Notes: generated from the letters alone by a model not told the origin. 32,000 bases of DNA from an uncultured Erysipelotrichaceae bacterium (GCA_964401865.1 CAYNZZ010000012.1:1-32000), one strand, 5' to 3'; positions 17,087 to 26,965 are shown, counted from the first letter of the stretch. A program made the numbers and translations.

Positions 17087-17719
17087 CTACTTTTCATATT
17101 TTTTTCGTTTACAAATATCTATTAGCGGACAATTATCGCAATTAGGATTTTTAGCTTTGCAGAAATATCGTCCAAAGAAAATCATCTGATGATGCGTTTT
17201 ATTCCATAACTTCTTATCAATCCTCTTGCACAATTTTTCTTCAATTTTCAAAACATCATCATCATATTTAGCCAATCCAAGTCTTTTACTGACTCTTGCC
17301 ACATGAGTATCTACAGCTAATGTCGGCACATCAAAGGCAACCGATAAAACAACATTCGCCGTTTTACGACCCACACCATCTAGGGTCATTAAATCTTTTC
17401 TGTTATTTGGTACCGTGCCATTATATTTATTTACCAAATCTTTAGATATCGCAATAATATTTTTTGCCTTATTATGATATAAACCAATTGAATGAATAAT
17501 CTTTTCAACTTCCCTAATATCTGCATCAGCTAATTTATAACAATCAGGATATCGAAGAAACAATGCTGGCGTTACTGTATTGACTCTTTGATCAGTCGTT
17601 TGAGCACTTAAAGAAACAGCTATCAACAATTCAAAAGCATCCTTATGAATAAGTTCACAATGTGCATCGGGATATAAGTCTTCAAAAGTATCTAAAATTC
17701 TAATTACTTTATTATTCAT
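17087..17719 (-). CDS. nth: Endonuclease III (DNA glycosylase/AP lyase)
   Basis: 210 aa. HhH-GPD region (LMTLDGVGRKTANVVL), catalytic Lys/Asp context (VDTHV), and C-terminal 4Fe-4S loop CKAKNPNCDNCPLIDIC. dnaD-nth order matches B. subtilis. Confidence 0.95.
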   Translation of the reverse strand: MNNKVIRILDTFEDLYPDAHCELIHKDAFELLIAVSLSAQTTDQRVNTVTPALFLRYPDCYKLADADIREVEKIIHSIGLYHNKAKNIIAISKDLVNKYNGTVPNNRKDLMTLDGVGRKTANVVLSVAFDVPTLAVDTHVARVSKRLGLAKYDDDVLKIEEKLCKRIDKKLWNKTHHQMIFFGRYFCKAKNPNCDNCPLIDICKRKKYEK

Positions 17720-18209
17720 GATTATTCTTTAAGATTTTTTCAATATATGCAAAATTAAGTTTACGATATGCATCGGCATTCCTCAAGGCTTCAAGTATCT
17801 CACTTTCGCCATATTCACTAATAAGGTCAGATAATTTCGCCATTTCAAAAGGACTTAGTGGTCTGGCAAATGAATCTTCAAACATTTTAAATATATCATT
17901 GCTTATATCTTCTTTGATATCATCTAACAATTCAAAAATGCGATTGATATCATATCTCACTCCACTTTCACCAACATATATTTCTAGTATTCCCTTAGTA
18001 GATAAATCTTGAATAAGCTTATCCACCTTATCTTGATTGAGACCAAGCTTGCTAGAGAGAAGTTCATAATTAATAGCAATATGGTTTTCATTAAAATAAT
18101 CAATAAATAAGCACAGCAAAAGCTCTTCGGCATTTAAGTTAATATTTTGAGCATTTTCTAAAATCCAATTGCGACGATTTATATATGATTTTAAATACCA
18201 TTCACTCAT
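17712..18209 (-). CDS. dnaD: DnaD-domain replication initiation/primosome protein
   Basis: 165 aa. The C-terminal DnaB_2/DnaD repeat pattern FEDSFARPLSPFEMAKLSDLISEYGESEILEALRNA...NFAYIEKIL is present. ATGA overlap with mtnN; 8-nt overlap with nth. Confidence 0.8.
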   Translation of the reverse strand: MSEWYLKSYINRRNWILENAQNINLNAEELLLCLFIDYFNENHIAINYELLSSKLGLNQDKVDKLIQDLSTKGILEIYVGESGVRYDINRIFELLDDIKEDISNDIFKMFEDSFARPLSPFEMAKLSDLISEYGESEILEALRNADAYRKLNFAYIEKILKNNHE

Positions 18210-18877
18210 AAATCTAACTCTTCAATAACCTTTTTGGTATAATTTGCACTATTGATTGCTGCATGACCAACGAACTCATCAAAGTCAATCTCATTTCCCT
18301 CTTCAATTGTAACATCGGATATTGAGCGAAGAATTAAAAAATCAATTCCAAAATAAGTGGCCGTTTGAGCAATACTAGCACTTTCCATTTCAACACACAA
18401 GACACCAGGAAATTCCTTTAAAATCTTATCTGTTTGTTCCTTATGCATAATGAAACTATCACCACTTACCATTGGACCAAAATGACATTTTAGTTCAGTA
18501 TCGACAATCTTAATTTTAGCCAAAAGCTCCCTATTGGTGTGGTAACAAGTTACACTTTGATTAAAGCCCTTTGGCCAATCAGGCACTTCAATATCATGGA
18601 AAGCAATATCGTTAGCAATAACTACATCGCCAATTCTTACATCTTTAGATAAAGAACCAGCTGAACCGATGTTAATTATTAAATGAATATCATATAGCAA
18701 AGCTAGCTTAGTGGTATTGATGGCTGCACCTACTTTACCTACTCCGCTTTTAGCTAATACAATATCTTTTTTAGCTAATTTACCAATAATGTAACCATTT
18801 TTATCAATTTTAACATCGCTCATCAGTCTTTTAAAAGCGTCAACTTCCACATCCATCGCTGCAATAATTGCAATCAT
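18206..18877 (-). CDS. mtnN: 5'-methylthioadenosine/S-adenosylhomocysteine nucleosidase
   Basis: 223 aa. MIAIIAAMDVEV, SGVGKVGAA, GSAGSL, VEMESASIAQ and RSISD blocks are typical of Pfs/MtnN. Confidence 0.92.
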   Translation of the reverse strand: MIAIIAAMDVEVDAFKRLMSDVKIDKNGYIIGKLAKKDIVLAKSGVGKVGAAINTTKLALLYDIHLIINIGSAGSLSKDVRIGDVVIANDIAFHDIEVPDWPKGFNQSVTCYHTNRELLAKIKIVDTELKCHFGPMVSGDSFIMHKEQTDKILKEFPGVLCVEMESASIAQTATYFGIDFLILRSISDVTIEEGNEIDFDEFVGHAAINSANYTKKVIEELDL

Positions 18878-19578
18878 TTTTTCACCCCCATGACCAGTAC
18901 TTTTTCATCTTTGATAAAATCTTCGACTATCTCTGTTTCAAAACCGGCATCAATCATTTTTTTCTCAACATCTTCGATCTTAAAAACATTTTGCACATGA
19001 TGTTCATTGACAATACCATCTTCCATATAGAAAGTGAAACGTTCCTGAAGTTCATTGCTCTCAGGATCTGAAATAATCGCCCATTGATAATCGGTATCTA
19101 AAACTCTACCTTCTTCAATATACTCGTCTTTAAATTCTTCAATTCTTTTCGTGCTATGCATATCAAAAAGAAATGTTCCACCATCATTTAAATGATTATA
19201 AACATTCTCAAACATCGTTTTCAATTCATCATTATTTAAGTAATTGATGCTGTCACAAATACACAAGATAATATCAAATTTCTTATCCAGTTTGAAATCA
19301 ATCATATTTAAAATCTGATATTCACCATCAAAATTAGCTTTTGCCGATTTTTTCATCGCCTCCGAAATATCAGATGCAATTATGTCATATCCTTTTTCCT
19401 TTAGAATTCTAGCCATAACACCTGAACCAGAAGCTAACTCTAAAACAGTATTGCCCCTTAATTCAAGAATATAATCTAACCAGAATTTTAGGCTTTCTTC
19501 ATCTTGCAATAAAGCATCATAATACTTAGCTAAATATTCATAATTATCTACATCTTTAAAACGCCAAGATCCTTCCAT
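18874..19578 (-). CDS. Class I SAM-dependent methyltransferase (YqeM-like position)
   Basis: 234 aa. Motif I VLELASGSGVMA, acidic loop ASDIS. Follows rsfS as yqeM does in B. subtilis. Confidence 0.8.
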   Translation of the reverse strand: MEGSWRFKDVDNYEYLAKYYDALLQDEESLKFWLDYILELRGNTVLELASGSGVMARILKEKGYDIIASDISEAMKKSAKANFDGEYQILNMIDFKLDKKFDIILCICDSINYLNNDELKTMFENVYNHLNDGGTFLFDMHSTKRIEEFKDEYIEEGRVLDTDYQWAIISDPESNELQERFTFYMEDGIVNEHHVQNVFKIEDVEKKMIDAGFETEIVEDFIKDEKVLVMGVKK

Positions 19579-19904
19579 AAGCCCTCCAAATCATAGTATT
19601 CTCTTTTACCATCATAAAATATATGAACAATAATATCGTTTAAATCCACGAAAAACCAACCTGAATCTTTACTCTTATCAACATTGATTACATCTTGTCC
19701 TTTTTCTCTTGCAACCTTAATCGCTTCTTCAACCAATGAATTCGCAAGCCTCTCGTTTAAAGCTGACACAATAAACATATAGTCGTATAAAGGATTGGTA
19801 TTTGAAAAGTCAATAACCACAATATCATCACCAAGTTTTTCATCTAATTTATCATATAGTATTTTAACAAAATCATTTATGAGCACTATTAATATATTCC
19901 TCAA
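19548..19904 (-). CDS. rsfS: Ribosomal silencing factor RsfS
   Basis: DIVVIDFSN...YDYMFIVSALNERLANSLVEE...SGWFFVDLNDIIVHIF...REYYDLEGLW matches the RsfS/YbeB family. The start is uncertain: either the TTG at 19904 after AGAGGAAAG, or the GTG at 19886. Confidence 0.88.
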   Translation of the reverse strand: MRNILIVLINDFVKILYDKLDEKLGDDIVVIDFSNTNPLYDYMFIVSALNERLANSLVEEAIKVAREKGQDVINVDKSKDSGWFFVDLNDIIVHIFYDGKREYYDLEGLWKDLGVLKM

Positions 19905-20637
19905 CTTTCCTCTTTAGTTTTAAAAAAGCTGCATTAATATCAAGATAAGCCAATTTTAATATTTCATCATCAATATGACGATTGACTTCTCTTTTATCTG
20001 CGATATAGATTATTTTTGTAAGTAACGAGTTTGAACTGGCATCAGTATGGTGATATATACTTTCAAGAATATCTTTATCATATAATCCAAGTTTTTCTTT
20101 TATGTAATATTTAGCGACATAACCATGTTTAATTTTGTCATCGCTATCCAATTTTGAAATATCGTAATATTGCAAATAAGAATCCATATCTTGAATACTC
20201 ATCTCTTTACATATATCATGCAACAAACCTGCTAAATAAGCCTTATTTTTATCATATCCATATCTTTTAGCAAGTTTATAAGCTTCGTCAGCTACTCCTA
20301 AAGTATGAATAAAACGCTTATTTGACATTTTTTTGCTAATCAGCTCTTTCATCAATTCGATATTATCAACAATTATTTGACGGCGATAATACTTGTAAAT
20401 GTTATTAAAATCCAAGGGAATGTGAATATCCAATATAATATCAGCATCAGCCTTGTCTTCTGCAATAAATAAATAATCATATTCTTTAACATAACTACTT
20501 AAAATATCAATAAAACACCTATTTTCAAAGACAAGGTAAATGTTAGCATCTCTGTTCTGTTTATGAATAGTTCTGATGGCTTTTATCTCATCGTAATTTA
20601 AAGGATAAAAATCTCCTTTTACATATATATTTCTCAT
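19873..20637 (-). CDS. yqeK: YqeK HD-domain phosphohydrolase fused to a degenerate, shortened NadD-like N-terminal domain
   Basis: 254 aa. The C-terminal two-thirds has HD motifs (RFIHTLGV, LLHDICK, YHHTD). The N-terminal 95 aa or so retains the NadD outline, but HxGH is replaced (GDFYPLNYDEI). Confidence 0.8.
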   Translation of the reverse strand: MRNIYVKGDFYPLNYDEIKAIRTIHKQNRDANIYLVFENRCFIDILSSYVKEYDYLFIAEDKADADIILDIHIPLDFNNIYKYYRRQIIVDNIELMKELISKKMSNKRFIHTLGVADEAYKLAKRYGYDKNKAYLAGLLHDICKEMSIQDMDSYLQYYDISKLDSDDKIKHGYVAKYYIKEKLGLYDKDILESIYHHTDASSNSLLTKIIYIADKREVNRHIDDEILKLAYLDINAAFLKLKRKVEEYINSAHK

Positions 20638-20921
20638 GGTAGTTTGATTAATTGTTCTTTAGAAGCTTTGTATAAAACAATGCTTCTGCCAATTACTTGA
20701 ACGATTTCTGAATTGCTGTTAGCACTTAGATCAATAGCAATTGTTCTTATCTCTTCGTCACAACTTTTCAATACTGATACTTTAACCAATTCTCTAGCAT
20801 CTAAAGCATTCTTTAAAGTATTAAATAAATTATAAGAAAGACCTTCTTTTCCAACTTGAACAATGGCTTTTTCTTTTGAAGCCATTGCTCTTAAAAATCT
20901 TTTTTGTTTACCACTCAACAT
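20634..20921 (-). CDS. yhbY: YhbY/YqeI CRM-domain RNA-binding protein
   Basis: 95 aa. LSGKQKRFLRAMASKEKAIVQVGKEGLS...ELVKVSVL is the YhbY family signature. Confidence 0.9.
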   Translation of the reverse strand: MLSGKQKRFLRAMASKEKAIVQVGKEGLSYNLFNTLKNALDARELVKVSVLKSCDEEIRTIAIDLSANSNSEIVQVIGRSIVLYKASKEQLIKLP

Positions 20922-21958
20922 TAAAATATTCCCTTTCTAACACAAATCTCTACACCTTCAATCATATCGATTTTTATACTATCAATATGATGAAAACTTA
21001 TAAATCCTAAACCATTAATAACCAAATCTTGATAGTCATGCAATTTTATTGTTGAACTGTTCAATTTATAACCACTTTCAAATAATTCATAATTATTTTT
21101 CATATAATCATCAGCACGACTAGTTTTAACACGATGAAGTTTAACTTTTGGATCAAAATAAAAGATAACACTACTATTTTTTCTTGTTTTAACGTCTAAA
21201 CGCATAATGCCTTCAATAAAGAAAGTCTGATCCTCATAAACTTGGTAAACAAGTGGTCTAATAGTCTTTGATGGCACTAATGAAGTTATATCCTTAAACT
21301 GTAAGTGTTGCAAAATACTTCCTTCATCAACCAAACCTGGCGTATCGACAAAATTATAATTTTCATATTCAAAAGTATTAAAATCTATCGTTGTACCAGG
21401 ATAATACGAGGTAGTCAGTTTATTGTCTTTGACAATCTTGTTCAAAAGTGTGCTTTTGCCAGCGTTTGCCAGTCCAGTAAAGATATAAGTACCCATGCCC
21501 ATATCTTTGATGTCTTCTAAAAATAAATCATTGAAACCAATATCTTTGTCATAGGTAAGAATAACTGATGCAATTTTATTATTCTTAGCAATCATAGATA
21601 AAATATCTTTACAATATTTTTCGACTTTTTGAAAATTAATATTTGTTGGAAGTAAATCGATCTTATTAATTACGACCATTATTGGATAATCTGTTAAACT
21701 AGCAAATATTTTTTTGTTAACTTTACTAGCTAAATGTAAGATGTCAATAATCAACACTACTCCTGCATCATTATATTTTTTAATTTTATTTAAAACAAAT
21801 TCTGGCGGTATAGCATCTTTCATATCAATCATCAAATCGCCATAGTGAGCAAGTCTAAAACAACGCATACAATAATCTTGTTTTAACAATTTTACATAAC
21901 CTATAGCTTTTGGATCTTGATCTTGTAAACTAGCACCACAACCTATACATTTCTTCAT
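20921..21958 (-). CDS. yqeH: Ribosome biogenesis GTPase YqeH (circularly permuted)
   Basis: N-terminal zinc finger CIGCG...CMRC. G4 INKIDL precedes G1 GLANAGKST and G3 DTPG. Confidence 0.92.
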   Translation of the reverse strand: MKKCIGCGASLQDQDPKAIGYVKLLKQDYCMRCFRLAHYGDLMIDMKDAIPPEFVLNKIKKYNDAGVVLIIDILHLASKVNKKIFASLTDYPIMVVINKIDLLPTNINFQKVEKYCKDILSMIAKNNKIASVILTYDKDIGFNDLFLEDIKDMGMGTYIFTGLANAGKSTLLNKIVKDNKLTTSYYPGTTIDFNTFEYENYNFVDTPGLVDEGSILQHLQFKDITSLVPSKTIRPLVYQVYEDQTFFIEGIMRLDVKTRKNSSVIFYFDPKVKLHRVKTSRADDYMKNNYELFESGYKLNSSTIKLHDYQDLVINGLGFISFHHIDSIKIDMIEGVEICVRKGIF

Positions 21959-22443
21959 TAATAATGCCTCATAATAAATTTCTCGATTTTACGATTTATC
22001 TTTGTTGAAAAAGAATCTTTATCAACAAGCGGTTTAGTATAATATACTCGCATATTCGCAAGTCTTGCAGCGATAACATCAGTTAAAACCTGATCGCCCA
22101 TACACAAAACATTAGTTTTTCTAATATTTAAACGTTTAGCTATTCTGTTATATGCAAATGGGAAAGGTTTTAAAGCGAAGTACTCATAATCCAGATTTAA
22201 AGAATCAGCAAAAGTCTTAACTCGCTGTTTTTTATTATTAGAAACAAGCACCACACTAATTCCATTCTTTTTTAATTCATTAATGAAATCAATAGCATTT
22301 TTATCGGCAACTTTTTCATAATAGGGAGCTAAAGTATTATCGATATCCATAAAAATATGAGTTATGCCACATCTTTTTAATTCTTCAATATCCAAGTCTT
22401 GATATCGATCTAAAATTCTATCTGGTTTAAATAATTTCAACAT
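21958..22443 (-). CDS. yqeG: YqeG-family HAD-IIIA phosphatase
   Basis: 161 aa. FMDIDNTLAPY (DxDxT), VLVSNN, MGDQVLTD. First gene of the yqe operon, as in B. subtilis. Confidence 0.88.
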   Translation of the reverse strand: MLKLFKPDRILDRYQDLDIEELKRCGITHIFMDIDNTLAPYYEKVADKNAIDFINELKKNGISVVLVSNNKKQRVKTFADSLNLDYEYFALKPFPFAYNRIAKRLNIRKTNVLCMGDQVLTDVIAARLANMRVYYTKPLVDKDSFSTKINRKIEKFIMRHY

Positions 22444-22462
22444 ATTCTATATCATACCATTT

Positions 22463-24964
22463 CTAGAATAAAGATGTCTGATTATTGCCATCTTCTTCAA
22501 TTACAAAATCAGCAGGAAAATCTTTGATTTCTACAGTTCTTATATCGTTATTGCCGGTATTCAAGACAAAGAAATGTTCTTTGACATCAATTGGTGAAGA
22601 AAAAGTTGCATCAATAGACATAAACGGAATATCTTTAACGGCTAAAAGTTTTAATTCACCATCAAATATCTTTAAATTATCATATGCTTCAATTGAAGAT
22701 ACACACTTTATAAACTGTGGATTAGTCTTAGTCTGCTTATAAAGCCTTCCACCCTTAGCACGACGTTTAGTATGTTCTAATTCACTAATATGAATTCGTT
22801 TAAAATTTCCTCTTTCACTTATAACCATCAACGACTCATCGCCATGATTAAGAGCAAGTGCATCAACTACTTCATCATCAGGTTTAAGATCTATTCCATA
22901 AACACCCAAGGCCTTTACAGCTAAAGGTGATACTTCATCATGATGATAATAATTGTAGAACCCATTCTTTGATACTAACAATACATCATCGTCTTGATAC
23001 GCAACGAAAGCTTTGATTAATTCATCATTAGCTTTTAATTTATGAGCTTGTAAAACCTTTGAGTTTCTTGTGACATTCCACAAAGGAAGTAAAGTCTTTT
23101 TAATCATTCCCTTAGCAGTAACGGTAAATATGTAAGCATACGATTCAAAACTCTTAACAATTAAAGCACTGACAATTTTTTCTTCACCATCACTTTTTAT
23201 ATAGTGAGAAAAATGAAATCCTAAATCCTTCCACTTAGATTCTTCCAAATTATAAATCGGAATAAGGCCATAATTACCCTTGGATGTAAAAATTAATAAT
23301 GTATCCAATGTTTCACACTGTTTGATGCCAATTAAGCTATCATTCTCTTTGAAATAAGGAATCGTTCCCTCATTTGATTGATAAGAACGAGAAGAAAAGC
23401 GTTTAATATAACCATCTTTACTGATTGAAAGATAAACAGATTCATTAGATATCATCGACATCTTGTCAATTACTATATCACTTACTTCGCTTTCAATCTT
23501 TGTCTTTCTATCGACGCCATAATCTTTTATAACCTGTTTTAAATCATTCACAATAACACGATTCAGCAAATCATTAGATGATAAAATGGCCTCAAGTTCC
23601 GATATTTCATTGATTAGTTTGGCATATTCATCTCTCAATATTTTTATATCAGTATTTGATAGACGATATAATCGCATCATAACAATGGCTTCAGCCTGTT
23701 CGTCACTAAAAAGATATGCCTCACGAAGTTTTGATTTCGCATCAGCTTTATCTTTAGAATTTCTGATCAGTTCAAGTACAGCATCAAGTATTGAAATAGC
23801 CTTCATCAGACCTTCCAAAATATGAATTCTTTCTTTTTTCTTATCCTTCAAATATCTGGAAGCATTAATAACCACTTCTTTTCGATGAGCAATAAAAGCA
23901 TCAATACCGGTTGTTAAATTAATTAATACCGGAGCGTGATTGACAATAGCAATCATATTGTAGTTGTAGTTAATCTGTAAATCGGTGTTCTTATATAGAT
24001 AATTGAGTACAACATTAGCATCGATATCTTTTTTTAGATCAACAACTATTCTCAAGCCATCTCTGCCTGATTCATCTCGTACATCAATAATGCCATCCAA
24101 TTCCTTGTTAAGTCTGATATCATCGATCTTTTTAACTAAATTCTTTTTTACTACTTCATAAGGTATTTCACTGACTACAATCGAATTGAGCGTCTTGCTT
24201 TCGACTATTTCACATTTTGAGCGAACTATAACTTTTCCTTTGCCAGTCTTAAAGACTTCTTTAATACTTTCAATACCTTGAACAATACCACCAGTTGGAA
24301 AATCCGGTCCTTTCACAAATGCCATCAGATCTTCCACACTGCACCCAGGATTAAAAATGCGATAAATAGTCGCTTCTATTATTTCATTCAAGTTGTGTGG
24401 TGCAATATTAGTTGCATAGCCGGAAGCAATACCGGTAGAACCGTTTACCAAAAGAAGCGGAAATCTTGCCGGTAAAACAGTAGGTTCTAACTCGGTGTCA
24501 TCATAGTTATTAGTCATTACAACCGTTTCTTTGTCAATATCCTCCAATAGTAAAGAAGCATACGACGATAGACGAGCCTCAGTATAACGCATAGCTGCGG
24601 GTGGATCATCATCAAGACCGCCATTATTGCCATTCATATCAATAAGTGGAAGATTCATTTTCCAATCTTGCGACATTCTGACCATAGCATCATATACTGA
24701 TGTATCACCGTGTGGATGATAGGTACCGATAACAATACCAACCGTTTTTGCGCTTTTGCGGTGAGGCTTGTCAAATGTATTACCTGCTTCATTCATGGCG
24801 TATAATATTCTTCTTTGAACAGGTTTTAAACCATCTCTAGCGTCAGGTAAAGCTCTTTCTTGAATAATGTATTTTGAATAACGCCCAAAACGATCGGACA
24901 TTATATCATCCAAACTCCAAGAAATGTTATTTTCTACAATTGTTTTATCTTTCTTACTTGCCAT
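22463..24964 (-). CDS. parC: DNA topoisomerase IV subunit A
   Basis: DGLKPVQRRILYAM, HPHGD, and active-site AAMRYTEARL. No clear GyrA box in the C-terminal domain. parE-parC sit next to divergent plsY, as in Bacillus, staphylococci and streptococci. Start ATG at 24964, or TTG at 24973. Confidence 0.8.
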   Translation of the reverse strand: MASKKDKTIVENNISWSLDDIMSDRFGRYSKYIIQERALPDARDGLKPVQRRILYAMNEAGNTFDKPHRKSAKTVGIVIGTYHPHGDTSVYDAMVRMSQDWKMNLPLIDMNGNNGGLDDDPPAAMRYTEARLSSYASLLLEDIDKETVVMTNNYDDTELEPTVLPARFPLLLVNGSTGIASGYATNIAPHNLNEIIEATIYRIFNPGCSVEDLMAFVKGPDFPTGGIVQGIESIKEVFKTGKGKVIVRSKCEIVESKTLNSIVVSEIPYEVVKKNLVKKIDDIRLNKELDGIIDVRDESGRDGLRIVVDLKKDIDANVVLNYLYKNTDLQINYNYNMIAIVNHAPVLINLTTGIDAFIAHRKEVVINASRYLKDKKKERIHILEGLMKAISILDAVLELIRNSKDKADAKSKLREAYLFSDEQAEAIVMMRLYRLSNTDIKILRDEYAKLINEISELEAILSSNDLLNRVIVNDLKQVIKDYGVDRKTKIESEVSDIVIDKMSMISNESVYLSISKDGYIKRFSSRSYQSNEGTIPYFKENDSLIGIKQCETLDTLLIFTSKGNYGLIPIYNLEESKWKDLGFHFSHYIKSDGEEKIVSALIVKSFESYAYIFTVTAKGMIKKTLLPLWNVTRNSKVLQAHKLKANDELIKAFVAYQDDDVLLVSKNGFYNYYHHDEVSPLAVKALGVYGIDLKPDDEVVDALALNHGDESLMVISERGNFKRIHISELEHTKRRAKGGRLYKQTKTNPQFIKCVSSIEAYDNLKIFDGELKLLAVKDIPFMSIDATFSSPIDVKEHFFVLNTGNNDIRTVEIKDFPADFVIEEDGNNQTSLF

Positions 24965-26894
24965 GACTTTCAACCTTAAAATCTTCTTCTAGTGTAAAAT
25001 CAATATTTTTTTCAATCCAGTCTCTTCTAAGATCAGCCTTATTACCCATTAAAACCGATATTTTACGTTCACACATCGCCGCATCTTCTATAGTAACTTG
25101 AATCAATGTTCTTTGAGCAGGATCCATTGTAGTGTCCCACAATTGATCGGCATTCATTTCACCTAATCCCTTATATCTTTGAATATCAATCTTACCCCAT
25201 TTTTCTCTACATTCTTGCAATTCTCTATCGCTATGACAGTATTTGAATTCCTTACCTTTGCTGGCACGATATAATGGTGGCATCGCAATATAGACATGTC
25301 CTTGTTCGATAAGTTCGCGCATAAAGCGGTAGAAGAAAGTCAATAATAAAACTTGAATATGAGCACCATCAGTATCAGCATCGGTCATGATGATAACTTT
25401 GTTATAATGAATATCTTTAACATCAAAATCAGCGCCAACACCGGCTCCTAGTGCATGTACAATAGTATTTAATTCTTCATTTTTTTCTATTTCATTTAAT
25501 GAAGCTTTTTCAGTATTTAAAACCTTACCTCTTAGTGGAAGAATAGCTTGAAAATTAGAATCTCTACCTTTTTTAGCACTGCCGCCTGCCGAATCTCCTT
25601 CGACTAAAAATAATTCTAATTTGCGGTAATCTTTGCTTTGAGCATTTGATAATTTACCGCTTAATATCTTTTCGGCTTTATTGGAGTTCTTTTTCCCTTT
25701 TCTAGCCTCTTCTTTAGCTTTTCTGGCCGCTTCTCGAGCTTGTGAAGCTCTAAAAATCTTCTTGATAATCATTGAAGCCGTTTCTTTATTCTCGGTCAAA
25801 AAGTATAAAAGATGTTTTGAAACTAATGATTCAACGGAATTTTTAGCTTCAGGAGTCCCAAGTTTTGACTTTACTTGCCCTTCAAATTGTAGCAAATGTT
25901 CAGGAATTGAAATTGAAATTATTGAAGTTAAACCCTCTCTAATGTCGTTGCCATCAAAATTTTTATCCTTTTCTTTTAAAATGCCAATTGTTCTTGCATA
26001 ATCATTAATAGTTTTAGTGAAGCCATTTCGATATCCAACTTCATGCGTACCACCATCTTTTGTTCTAACCAAATTGACAAAAGAAAACATATTTTCCTGA
26101 TATGAATCGGTGTATTGAAAAGCTACATCAACCTTTATTTCATTAGCAACGCCAGAAAAAGTTACAGTTTTATGCAATACATCTTTATCTTCATGTAAGT
26201 AATCCATAAAAGCCGATAAACCATCATGATATTTAAAAGTATTCTTTGTATCATTTTTATCGATGACACTTATAGCGACATCCTTTAATAAAAAAGCCTG
26301 TTCTTGGGCACGTGATAATACTGTTTGATATGAAAATTCGGTTGTTTGAAAAATTTTGGCATCTGGTTTAAAAGTAACTTTAGAACCTGTTTTATTACTG
26401 GTACCAATCTGTTTTAAAGGTAATATTTTTTTACCGCCATCTTCAAATCGGATAAAGTATTTTTTATTATCTCTGCAAACTTCCACTTCGAGCCATTCAC
26501 TGAGCGCATTAACAACCGACGCACCAACACCATGCAAACCGCCAGATGTTTTATATCCAGCTCCTTCAGAAAATTTTCCACCAGCATGTAAAACAGTAAA
26601 AATCACTTCCAAGGCACTTTTACCGCTACTATGTTTATCTACCGGCATTCCACGTCCATAGTCCTGAACCGTGACCGATCCATCATTATTCAATTTAATA
26701 ATTATTTCATTTCCATAGCCATTTAAAGCTTCATCAATAGAGTTATCAACAATTTCCCAAATCAAATGATGCAAACCACGTGAATCAACAGATCCAATGT
26801 ACATTCCAGGTCTTTTTCTAACCGCTTCAAGTCCCTCTAATATTTGAATACTATCGGCGCTATAATCATTAATTTTAGCGTTATCTATTTGCAT
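24954..26894 (-). CDS. parE: DNA topoisomerase IV subunit B
   Basis: 646 aa. SIQILEGLEAVRKRPGMYIGS, GHKL ATPase (GLHGVGASVVNALS), Toprim EGDSAGG and PLRGKVLN. Assigned to topo IV by pairing and context. Confidence 0.8.
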   Translation of the reverse strand: MQIDNAKINDYSADSIQILEGLEAVRKRPGMYIGSVDSRGLHHLIWEIVDNSIDEALNGYGNEIIIKLNNDGSVTVQDYGRGMPVDKHSSGKSALEVIFTVLHAGGKFSEGAGYKTSGGLHGVGASVVNALSEWLEVEVCRDNKKYFIRFEDGGKKILPLKQIGTSNKTGSKVTFKPDAKIFQTTEFSYQTVLSRAQEQAFLLKDVAISVIDKNDTKNTFKYHDGLSAFMDYLHEDKDVLHKTVTFSGVANEIKVDVAFQYTDSYQENMFSFVNLVRTKDGGTHEVGYRNGFTKTINDYARTIGILKEKDKNFDGNDIREGLTSIISISIPEHLLQFEGQVKSKLGTPEAKNSVESLVSKHLLYFLTENKETASMIIKKIFRASQAREAARKAKEEARKGKKNSNKAEKILSGKLSNAQSKDYRKLELFLVEGDSAGGSAKKGRDSNFQAILPLRGKVLNTEKASLNEIEKNEELNTIVHALGAGVGADFDVKDIHYNKVIIMTDADTDGAHIQVLLLTFFYRFMRELIEQGHVYIAMPPLYRASKGKEFKYCHSDRELQECREKWGKIDIQRYKGLGEMNADQLWDTTMDPAQRTLIQVTIEDAAMCERKISVLMGNKADLRRDWIEKNIDFTLEEDFKVESHGK

Positions 26895-26965
26895 TATTAC
26901 CTCATTTCAACCAAGATATTATAACATAATTTACCTTTTATGATAAAATATCGGTGAGGTTAAAT

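Noticed and set aside
16915-17097. A 60-aa minus-strand ORF across the DUF1846/nth convergent gap.
   Set aside because: It runs through both terminator hairpins and the 3' end of the DUF1846 gene, so it is better explained as non-coding.
25-26661. Plus-strand ORFs of 61-138 aa in the supplied track: 25-225, 859-1077, 1267-1575, 2959-3255, 3849-4070, 6793-7041, 8114-8320, 9898-10092, 11083-11271, 12639-13055, 13517-13702, 18868-19071, 21305-21520, 22485-22742, 23586-23825, 24278-24475, 25681-26001 and 26356-26661.
   Set aside because: Each lies entirely antisense to a long, well-supported minus-strand gene. They have low-complexity Ser/Ile/Phe-rich translations typical of antisense frames in AT-rich DNA and have no SD.
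22463-26894. Calling the type II topoisomerase pair gyrB/gyrA.
   Set aside because: The order is B then A, next to divergent plsY and near yneF, which matches the Firmicute parE-parC locus. No dnaA, dnaN or recF context is present, and I saw no clear GyrA-box (QRRGGKG) in the C-terminal domain. Some uncertainty remains.
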